From: Deltaproteobacteria bacterium HGW-Deltaproteobacteria-17
GTDB lineage: Bacteria; Myxococcota_A; Polyangia; HGW-17
Direction of reading: 5' to 3'
NCBI GenBank assembly: GCA_002841905.1
Contig: PHBF01000002.1
Location: forward strand, 1 to 34,935
DNA length: 34,935 nt
Shown: piece by piece, positions 15,918 through 23,572 of the stretch
Position numbering within the stretch: position 1 is the first letter of the stretch
How the letters are laid out: each line of letters starts with the position of its first letter
The notes under the pieces: model-generated
What the model was told of the DNA's origin: nothing
The model's input: only the letters and a program-made list of their open reading frames with translations
The model's database searches: none
Program-made: the position numbers and the translations under genes

Positions 15918-16682
15918 ATGAAATTCATCCATACAGATCTTGGGCAACGAAAGGCTGGTGAGATAGTCGAGATCACCCTAACCAGCGGCGCCAATGTCCG
16001 TTTGATGGACAGTTCCAACTTCTCCAGTTACAAGAACGGGCGGAACCACCAGTACATCGGAGGATTGGCGCGACGGTCTCCCGTGAGGCTTCAGATACCG
16101 AGGAGTGGCCACTGGCACGTCGCAGTCGATATGCAGGGACTGCAGGGGAGCACGCGCGCATCCGTTCGTGTCTTACCCGGAGCTCTTCCCGACATTCGAG
16201 AGGTACCGCTATCTTCGGTGCCAGGTCTTGTCCGCGAAAACGTCCCGCCAGCAGTTGAAACCGGGGACCAAGCCTACGATGTGTTCATCTCTCACGCATC
16301 GGAAGACAAGGACGATATTGTGAGGTCGCTTGCTAATGCACTGAGCACCCAGAATTTGAAGGTATGGTACGACGAATTCACGTTGCGGATAGGAGACAGC
16401 CTCAGGCAGAAGATTGACAAAGGCCTGGCAACCAGCAGAGTCGGTCTCGTCGTCCTGTCTCCGGCGTTCATATCGAAGGGCTGGACGAACTACGAATTGG
16501 ATGGAATCGTGACGCGCTCAGTCTCGGGGGAGCAAATCCTTCTCCCGATATGGCACAACATTACGAAACAGCAAGTTATGGATTTTAGTCCATCTCTCGC
16601 CGACAAGGTTGCTAGAAGCACCGCAACTCACACCGTTGAAGAGATTGCTGAGGAGATCGCAGAGTTGATCCATGGGTGTTGA
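15918..16682 (+). CDS. DUF1883-TIR fusion protein
   Basis: Start MKFIHTDLGQRKAGEIVEITLTSGANVRLMDSSNFSSYKNG... (DUF1883-like) after GGAGAAGG. C-terminal TIR blocks YDVFISHASEDKD, VWYDEFTLRIGDSL and WTNYELDG (conserved Glu). Confidence 0.85.
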   Translation: MKFIHTDLGQRKAGEIVEITLTSGANVRLMDSSNFSSYKNGRNHQYIGGLARRSPVRLQIPRSGHWHVAVDMQGLQGSTRASVRVLPGALPDIREVPLSSVPGLVRENVPPAVETGDQAYDVFISHASEDKDDIVRSLANALSTQNLKVWYDEFTLRIGDSLRQKIDKGLATSRVGLVVLSPAFISKGWTNYELDGIVTRSVSGEQILLPIWHNITKQQVMDFSPSLADKVARSTATHTVEEIAEEIAELIHGC

Positions 16683-16823
16683 AAAAGAAGGCCGACAACC
16701 AGGCCTTGTCTACCTCATCAAGCGTGAGACGGAAATACTGCTCCATCCCCGATGAAGCAGGTGTACGCATCATCGGCCAGGGCCGTCGGCCCGGCCAAGT
16801 CGCCCAACTGGACTCCATACTCT

Positions 16824-17266
16824 GAGTCCAACTGCCGCTTGTACTTCCGGCCGGCATTTTGAAAAACTTTTTTCTATTCGTTACACCCGGAAATCCCCCA
16901 ATAATTTCAACGCACTCCGCTGTGCCATATTCCAATACCACTGAAAGCGCATTATTTGCTCTATTGACACCCTCTGCATTTCGCCCAATGCTGATGGCGT
17001 TCCGTTTTTCCTCGTTCGGTGAGGTGCTCGTCCATGGCGACGTTGGTGACCCTCGAAAGCAGCAGATTCCGGCAACCGGTTGTAGTTGGTTGGTGGCGGG
17101 GGGTCTTCTGCGGATCCGTACAAACGGGGCATGGCGAGACTTCTCAATCAGACTCTTCGAAGGCGTGGTACGCTATTCGATTTCGCTGTAAATCCTTTTC
17201 AAATCATTTTATGCGGACAACGGTGACTAAATATTCTTTCTCACGGATCCGCAGAAACAATGGTTA
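16824..17266 (+). repeat. conserved ~450-bp non-coding leader element, copy B (upstream of cassette 2)
   Basis: See copy A. It ends TTTCTCACGGATCCGCAGAAACAATGGTT 19 nt before ATG 17285. Confidence 0.9.
16964..16992 (+). promoter_or_regulatory. promoter-like box inside leader copy B
   Basis: TTGACA, 17-nt spacer, AATGCT. Confidence 0.35.
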
Positions 17267-17284
17267 GAACTTACAGGGGGCTCA

Positions 17285-18196
17285 ATGGCAGCCGACGACA
17301 AACCAACAAACTACTTCGTCCGATCCCTTATTGCACTCCTCTGCGTTCTCATCGCAGGTATGGTCCTGTTCCGGTTCCTACGAGTGGAGCCAATTGGAGA
17401 GATCACGAGCGGTCTGTTGGCTCTCCTCGGCCTGCTTGTCGTACTCGTGCTTTCGGAGTCATTCGACAACTTTTCGGTGGGAAAACTCTTCGCTATCTCC
17501 CGCGAGGTGCGTAAGAAGGAAGCTGAGATTGAGAAACTAGAAAAGCAAAACGCATCGCTACTCTCGCAATTGATCACGATCAGCAACTCGCAGTCCCAGA
17601 AGCAGAGCAGCACTACGGTTCAAGGCGACTACTACGCCACCGCCCCAGTAGTGCAGAAAGCGACTGAGGCAGAAGTGCAAGAGAAGCAGAACAACGAGAG
17701 CCGCGCCCTCGCTGCTACCGCAGCGGAAGCGCCCGCACCAGCTCGGATTGATTGGGCCCGGGCCGAAAGCATGGCGCTAGATAAGTTGCTCAAGCTTCGC
17801 AACATTCATCTGTCAAATGTCATTACGGAGGCAAAGTTATCGTTCCTCCAAGGTATTGATCCCATCAGCAATATCCAGCCTATCTTTGATGGCTACATCA
17901 AAGAGTCAGATGGCGAGACGTTTATCGACATGCGTCCAGAGCGGCTCCTGAGCCCTATGTATCGCGACCGTCTTTACGTCATGCTTTCCAAGATACACCA
18001 CTATCGGGCCACCAAGCAGATCAACGCGCACCTTGACGCTGTCATCCTGAAGATTCCCGGTGAGGAAGGCAGAGGCATTTGGGGCAACCCAGAGAGAGTT
18101 TTTCAGTTCTTCGAGCCTGCAATTGCCTCTGGCTTACTCAAAGTTCATGAGATAGAGCTCACCGAGGTCGAAGCTAACGAGTGTCGTCGCACGTGA
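17285..18196 (+). CDS. membrane protein: two N-terminal TM helices, a coiled-coil/low-complexity linker and an unknown C-terminal domain
   Basis: LIALLCVLIAGMVLFRFL and LLALLGLLVVLVL are the TM segments. KKEAEIEKLEKQNASLLSQL is the coiled coil. The C-terminal ~150 aa are globular with no motif I can name. Confidence 0.7.
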   Translation: MAADDKPTNYFVRSLIALLCVLIAGMVLFRFLRVEPIGEITSGLLALLGLLVVLVLSESFDNFSVGKLFAISREVRKKEAEIEKLEKQNASLLSQLITISNSQSQKQSSTTVQGDYYATAPVVQKATEAEVQEKQNNESRALAATAAEAPAPARIDWARAESMALDKLLKLRNIHLSNVITEAKLSFLQGIDPISNIQPIFDGYIKESDGETFIDMRPERLLSPMYRDRLYVMLSKIHHYRATKQINAHLDAVILKIPGEEGRGIWGNPERVFQFFEPAIASGLLKVHEIELTEVEANECRRT

Positions 18197-18307
18197 GTTC
18201 TAACTATTCGTTCAACCGGACGTGCGGGCCGCAGCGCGGTATCATCCAACGCCGCCGGCCGCACGCCGGTTAACTCAAGCGTTGGACATTGGTGAGGGAG
18301 GAATCAG

Positions 18308-18855
18308 TTGGATATCGCAAAGTTTTTCTTTGACTGGGTTCCCCCGCTTGGGATACTAGCAGGGGGGTTCTTCGCTCTATTCAAATGGTGGCATGATGAG
18401 CGCCTCCGATGTGCTCGGGAAATACCGTCACTAGATCAAGGAATCCTCAGAGTTACCGCGTTTTTGCTCTGGAGAGCTGGGTGCAATTGGATGCAACTTG
18501 GCGAAACCCAGGTAAGATCCCCTTCGACGTTGACACTGGTTCGACTCGAATTGACGTCTATCCTATACCGCCTGACCTACCGTTTGGCCCTCTTCAAGTA
18601 CGAAAGGAGAATTCATCTGATCTTGGGCAACCAACCTTTACGCTGTATCCGCTGGCCGGATTCAAGATCTTTCGGTTCGAGCCGGAGTCTGAGGGCATTC
18701 TACAAGGCCATTTTGTGTTGCCGCGAGAGCGCATCGTCCTCTTTCGCTTCAAGATCTTCCGTGCCAATGATGAAGGTCGCAAGCTCTCGCGCACCCGGTT
18801 TCTTGTATTCGACCCTCGCAATCTCGCTACTAGCATCTCAGACGAAGTCGCATGA
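18308..18855 (+). pseudogene. frameshifted gene (or sequencing error or programmed shift): an N-terminal TM segment in one frame and a beta-rich domain in another
   Basis: TTG 18308 follows a strong SD GAGGGAGGAA and encodes LDIAKFFFDWVPPLGILAGGFFALFKWW. From about 18400 the protein-like frame is that of ORF 18409-18855 (..FKIFRFEPESEGILQGHFVLPRERIVLFRFKIFRANDEG..), which has no SD of its own. Confidence 0.45.
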
Positions 18856-18960
18856 TGGTTTTCCGACGTACGATGCCCAACCCATTGCCGGTCCCCTCCG
18901 GCGTTCTGGTTCCGGCGACCTAAAAACTCAAACGGTTGGGCGAATGCCAAAGGAATAACT

Positions 18961-19464
18961 ATGAAGCCAAATCCGAAACTCGATGTTCTCAGATCACAAC
19001 TTGCGGAGCAACTGAATTCTTTTCAGAGGAAGCGGGGGCAGAATAAGAAGAAGGCCTTTCTTGTGTACCTTGGGGCAACGGCAATCAGTGCCGTGGTCAC
19101 AGTACTTCTCGGTCTTCAGGGCATACCAGATGACAAGGTTGTGTACATTCGAAATATCGCATTGATACTGAGTGCCACGGTGACACTTCTGACTGGTTTT
19201 GATACATTTTTCAACCATCGTGCACTTTGGGTTCGGTACACACAAACTGCCACCCTGCTTCTGGGTCTTCAGGCGAAACTGGATTACCTCTCGGCGGATG
19301 AGGGGCGAGAGATACCAGAGAGTGAAGTTGATCAACTCTTTGAGGAGATGCAGCGAGTACTTACAGAAACAAATAGGTGGTGGCAAAACCAGCGGGCTGA
19401 GGAGCCGGATGGACCGAAGCCGCCCAACCCGCCCATGCATCCGACCGGCACTGCTAGCGGCTGA
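18961..19464 (+). CDS. SLATT-domain (DUF4231-like) two-TM protein
   Basis: SD AAGGAA upstream. Two TM helices (AFLVYLGATAISAVVTVLLGL and IALILSATVTLLTGF) are followed by FFNHRALWVRYTQTATLLLGLQAKLDYL, the characteristic SLATT layout. Confidence 0.7.
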   Translation: MKPNPKLDVLRSQLAEQLNSFQRKRGQNKKKAFLVYLGATAISAVVTVLLGLQGIPDDKVVYIRNIALILSATVTLLTGFDTFFNHRALWVRYTQTATLLLGLQAKLDYLSADEGREIPESEVDQLFEEMQRVLTETNRWWQNQRAEEPDGPKPPNPPMHPTGTASG

Positions 19465-19693
19465 TGGGCAAGACGTTTTGTATCCAAGAGGCTGAGCGTT
19501 AGATGAGGATCACACCCGATGTATTCGTTAGAGACGGAGGCCCGGCCACTATTGAAAAGGAGTCTTTTGTCCAGGCCTTGGAGAATCGAAATGGAGCGAA
19601 TGTCTGGTTCCACACACAATTGGCGAAACACCTAGCTAGGTCTTTCAACCAGCCCGTTTCATGAGCGGGCAAGGCCAATTAATTAGCCTATTC

Positions 19694-20146
19694 CAAACGC
19701 CGAGTTCAACTGTCGCCTGTCCTCCCGGCCAGCATTTTGAAAAACTTTTTTCTATTCATTACACCCGGAAATCCCCCAATAATTTCAACGCACTCCGCTG
19801 TGCCAGATTCCAATACCACTGAAAGCGCATTATTTGCTCCATTGACACCCTCTGCATTTCGCCCAATTCTGATGGCGTTCCGTTTTTCCTCGTTCGGTGA
19901 GGTGCTCGTCCATGGCGACGTTGATGACCTTCGAAAGCATCAGACTCCGGCAACCGGATATTGTGGGTTGCCGGCGAGGTGACTTCTGCGGATGTGGACA
20001 CCCGGGGGATGGCGGTATTTCTCAATCTGGATTGTCGAAGACATGTAATACTCTTCGAATTTCCTGTAAATCATTTACAGATAATTTAATACGGACGACC
20101 GTGACGAAGTATCCTTTCTCACGGATCAGCAGAAACAATGGTTGGG
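19694..20146 (+). repeat. conserved ~450-bp non-coding leader element, copy C (upstream of cassette 3)
   Basis: See copy A. It ends TTTCTCACGGATCAGCAGAAACAATGGTT about 28 nt before ATG 20174. Confidence 0.9.
19842..19870 (+). promoter_or_regulatory. promoter-like box inside leader copy C
   Basis: TTGACA, 17-nt spacer, AATTCT. Confidence 0.35.
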
Positions 20147-20173
20147 CCACCACGAACCAAAAAGGAGATGAAC

Positions 20174-20464
20174 ATGAAGATCCGAAACATCAACGGAACT
20201 GCTGACACTACGTGCAAGTGCGGCACTTGGCTGAAGCACTGGGAGAAATTCAGTGGTCTAACCAAACCGACCTACTGCCCTGTAGACAACTGTACTAAGA
20301 CGGATCTTGTCGGGGCACACGTTCAGAAAGGTGGTGGGAGTACCGATCAGAAATGGTACATCTATCCGCTTTGCAATGCCCACAACCAGCACACGGGAGA
20401 ACTCGATGTGCCCGACTTCTATAGACTGGTTTCCGCGAATAAGAAGGAAACTTGCGAGAAGTAG
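20174..20464 (+). CDS. small Cys/His-rich zinc-binding protein (HNH/His-Me-finger-like pattern)
   Basis: SD AAGGAG upstream. MKIRNINGTADTTCKCGTWLKHW...CPVDNC...VGAHVQ...IYPLCNAHNQH. Confidence 0.65.
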   Translation: MKIRNINGTADTTCKCGTWLKHWEKFSGLTKPTYCPVDNCTKTDLVGAHVQKGGGSTDQKWYIYPLCNAHNQHTGELDVPDFYRLVSANKKETCEK

Positions 20465-20596
20465 CTGAGCAGAACCAATCGGTCCAACTGATGCTGCTCC
20501 CCGCCCTGCCCTTAGGTTGCTCTGGGGCACAGCACAGTTGAATGTGTCGTTTGTTGAACAAGAGCACGGCCGTGATGCAACCATGGGAGAGTAGCC

Positions 20597-21004
20597 GTGG
20601 AGAACAAGCGAGCCCACCTGGAGATGATCCAGGCCATCGTCAACCGGATGTCGGTCAACTCGTTCCTGCTGAAGGGATGGTCCGTCGTCCTTATCTCAGC
20701 GCTCTTCGCACTGGCCGCCAGTGATTCCCAAGCGCTCTTTGTCTATCTTGCTTATTTTCCTGCAATCGCCTTCTGGGTACTGGATGGGTACTTCCTCTGG
20801 CAGGAGCGGCTGTTCCGCGGGCTATACGACCGCGTTCGGGCAATGGCGGAGTCAGAGGTGGATTTCGCCATGGACACCTCTGGGGTTCGCGGTGACGACG
20901 GTGGCTGGTTCGCCGTCATCTTTTCCAAGACTCTCGTGATCTTCCACGGGACGGTCTTCGGCTCGATTGTTATCGTCATGTTCGTCATCGTTCTCACAAA
21001 CTGA
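20597..21004 (+). CDS. small multi-pass membrane protein (3-4 TM), unknown family
   Basis: GTG start after GGGAGAG. TM segments WSVVLISALFALAA, LFVYLAYFPAIAFWVLDGYF and TVFGSIVIVMFVIVL. Confidence 0.65.
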   Translation: MENKRAHLEMIQAIVNRMSVNSFLLKGWSVVLISALFALAASDSQALFVYLAYFPAIAFWVLDGYFLWQERLFRGLYDRVRAMAESEVDFAMDTSGVRGDDGGWFAVIFSKTLVIFHGTVFGSIVIVMFVIVLTN

Positions 21005-21017
21005 TAGGTGGTTCACA

Positions 21018-21464
21018 ATGGCTCGACGCGTTTTCTTCAGTTTTCACTATCAACGCGACATCTGGCGCGTTAATCAGATCCGGAACATTCCCAACGTAAC
21101 AGGTTGCGCCGCCGCAGGCTTCCAGGACGGGTCGCTCTGGGAAGAGGCCAAGAAGAAAGGCGATGCAGCGATCAAAGCCCTCATCGACGAGGGCTTGAAG
21201 AACACTTCAGTCACGGTCGTATGCGTCGGTAGCAAGACGGCTGGACGGAAGTACATCAACTACGAGATCGACCAGTCGATCGCGCGGGGGAACGGAATCG
21301 TCGCGGTGCAGATCCATCACTTGAAGGACAAGGACGGCAACACCGATCCGGCAGGTGCAATCCCCGCAAAGATCGAGGCAAACGGCTACAAGGCGTACAA
21401 GTACGTGGACCACGAGAAGCTCGGCAATTGGATTGAAGCCGCCGCGAAGGCCGCCGGCAAGTGA
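21018..21464 (+). CDS. TIR-like protein, DUF1863 / Thoeris ThsB type (copy 1)
   Basis: MARRVFFSFHYQRDIWRVNQIRN... followed by VTVVCVGSKTAGRKYINYEI. SD AGGTGG upstream. Confidence 0.8.
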   Translation: MARRVFFSFHYQRDIWRVNQIRNIPNVTGCAAAGFQDGSLWEEAKKKGDAAIKALIDEGLKNTSVTVVCVGSKTAGRKYINYEIDQSIARGNGIVAVQIHHLKDKDGNTDPAGAIPAKIEANGYKAYKYVDHEKLGNWIEAAAKAAGK

Positions 21465-21531
21465 AGCCTGCTAACAACAGCATACAGCGGACGGTACTTC
21501 GCGCCGCCGCTGAACTGGAGCGCTAAGTAGA

Positions 21532-22212
21532 ATGGCAGACTCAACGACTGAGAACTTACTTGCCCGATATGAGGGCAATAGATTCGTTCGCGGATTAGTG
21601 CAGCTCATCCCGTTTGGTATCGGCGGTGCGATTGATGTCATCGTTCTAAAGACCCTGAACAATATCAGAGAAGAGCGTTCTCGCGTTTTCTTCGATGAAC
21701 TGGCCAACACATCAACGCCGCTTGATCCAACAATGTTGGAGTCCGAGGATTTCCTCCATTGTTACTTCTCAACCGCTCGATATGCACTGAATTCGAGGCG
21801 GCGAGAGAAAATTCAAATGTTCGCACGGCTGTTGAAGGCATCATTGGGCGAAATGGGACCGCGAGAAGTTGATGAGTACGAGGAGCTATTGAAAATACTT
21901 GACGATTTGTCGTTTCGAGAACTTGAAGCTCTCACCATCATGGATTCATTTTCAAACAGCCCTAGAATGTCTGGTCAGAACGATCTCCAATGGACAGATA
22001 CATTTTGGAAAGAATTTGAAGATCGAATTGTTTCCGATCTCGGGGTTCCAAGAGATGAGGTGTCTGATTTTATGAATCGAATCTCGCGAACGGCGTGCTA
22101 CGAGATGTTCACTGGCGGATATCACGACTATACCGGAGGAAAGGGCAAACTAACTCCGACTTATAGGCGATTAAAGCGATTTATTAGCAATGAGGTAGGA
22201 AATGCTATCTAG
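21532..22212 (+). CDS. hypothetical protein (226 aa) with a short N-terminal hydrophobic segment
   Basis: Protein-like composition (LVQLIPFGIGGAIDVIVL, then a helical region). No motif recognised. Weak SD. Confidence 0.6.
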   Translation: MADSTTENLLARYEGNRFVRGLVQLIPFGIGGAIDVIVLKTLNNIREERSRVFFDELANTSTPLDPTMLESEDFLHCYFSTARYALNSRRREKIQMFARLLKASLGEMGPREVDEYEELLKILDDLSFRELEALTIMDSFSNSPRMSGQNDLQWTDTFWKEFEDRIVSDLGVPRDEVSDFMNRISRTACYEMFTGGYHDYTGGKGKLTPTYRRLKRFISNEVGNAI

Positions 22213-22521
22213 CTTTACGCTCCCGAGTGACGCTACGCCTGCTAACTGGCTTCGCGTCCCAGAGTGGGCACGTTTGAAATTATTAGGAGGCGATCATGCC
22301 AAGAAAGTCATGGAAAACGTTGGACAATGCCTTTGTCGAGTTTTTCAGAAGTGCAGAGGTTAGAGACCATGACTGCATGTTCCATTGTAACCGATGAGGT
22401 TTGGACTTTGTACGCACGCAGGAGCAGCCATGAACGCAGAATGCAAGAGCCAATTTATAGAAATAATTGCGCGTGTGTGTGAAGGCACCGAGTAGCACAG
22501 ACTTCCCTTTGAGGAAGAATA

Positions 22522-23112
22522 ATGGCGAAACGAGTATTCTTCAGTTTCCACTACCAGGATGTGATCGATTTCCGAGCAAACGTCGTCCGGAATCACTGGG
22601 TGACGAAAGAGAGTCGTGACATTGCAGGCTTCTTTGACGCATCGCTATGGGAGAGCGCAAAGAAAGACAGCCCTCTTTCGGTCAAGCGCCTGATCAATTC
22701 GGGGCTGGAAAGGACCTCCACAACTTGCGTCCTCATCGGAACGAATACCTGGGCGCGTCCATGGGTTCGCTATGAGATCGTAGCTAGTTTCCGGCGTGAG
22801 AACCGGATGTTGGGTGTCCACATCAATTCGATCGCTGGCAAGGACCAGCGAACCAAGGCACTTGGCGTAAACCCATTCGAGTATCTCGGTGTGCGGTTTT
22901 TTAACTCTGGACTGACGGCAACGCTCTATGAGGTTGTTGGGTCTAAGTGGATAGAATACACTGAATATGGGCCGAGCGCGACGTATCAGACCGGGGGCGT
23001 TGGTTGCGAACACTGTGGCAAGTTCTATAAATTTTCTGACCTTTACAACATATTCGACTGGGGAAGGGGCGATGGATATAATAATTTCGCGTCTTGGGTC
23101 GAGAACGCCTAG
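22522..23112 (+). CDS. TIR-like protein, DUF1863 / ThsB type (copy 2) with a C-terminal extension
   Basis: MAKRVFFSFHYQDVIDFRANVVRN... followed by TTCVLIGTNTWARPWVRYEI. SD GAGGAAG upstream. Confidence 0.8.
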   Translation: MAKRVFFSFHYQDVIDFRANVVRNHWVTKESRDIAGFFDASLWESAKKDSPLSVKRLINSGLERTSTTCVLIGTNTWARPWVRYEIVASFRRENRMLGVHINSIAGKDQRTKALGVNPFEYLGVRFFNSGLTATLYEVVGSKWIEYTEYGPSATYQTGGVGCEHCGKFYKFSDLYNIFDWGRGDGYNNFASWVENA

Positions 23113-23153
23113 GATAATGTTTGGCAACAACCGTAGAAATTCATGGGTGTAAT

Positions 23154-23540
23154 ATGAACAAACAAGTTTTTTTGAGCTACGTCTTTGAGGATATTGCGTA
23201 TCGAGATCAAATAGTCGACTGGTACCGAAAGGGACTCTTAGGAAAGTGGGTCCCCGTATTTGAGAAAGAGGATGTACGACAGGGTGGTGATGCTGCTATC
23301 CGAGGACACTTACGTCCGATCTTGAGAGACGCTGATGCCGTTCTTGTTCTTGTCGGGCAGGACACTCACAATCGCCGTTGGGTTAACGAGGAGGTGCATT
23401 TTCTTGCAACGTCTGGCAAGGCTATACTGTGGACTCGAATTCCGAATTCAACTGGCGGAGCGCCCCCGGAGTTGCGCTCCAAAGCCGTTGTCCAGTTTTC
23501 TCCAGAGGAGATTCGTCAGGCTCTCGACTCAGCACGATGA
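23154..23540 (+). CDS. divergent TIR-like protein (copy 3)
   Basis: MNKQVFLSYVFEDIAYRDQI... followed by AVLVLVGQDTHNRRWVNEEV. The block order matches the two ThsB-like genes. Confidence 0.65.
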   Translation: MNKQVFLSYVFEDIAYRDQIVDWYRKGLLGKWVPVFEKEDVRQGGDAAIRGHLRPILRDADAVLVLVGQDTHNRRWVNEEVHFLATSGKAILWTRIPNSTGGAPPELRSKAVVQFSPEEIRQALDSAR

Positions 23541-23572
23541 ATTTGGACTTATAATTTGCGTGAGGAGGAATT

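Noticed and set aside
18308-18958. The full 216-aa ORF 18308-18958 as a single intact gene
   Set aside because: After the first ~30 codons the translation is Cys/Arg/Ser-rich and not protein-like. The overlapping 18409-18855 frame is clearly better, so I interpret this as a frame discontinuity.
14340-20146. The ~450-bp elements as MITEs or IS remnants
   Set aside because: I found no convincing terminal inverted repeats or flanking target-site duplications. All three copies hold the same position and orientation relative to a downstream operon. This cannot be excluded without genome-wide copy data.
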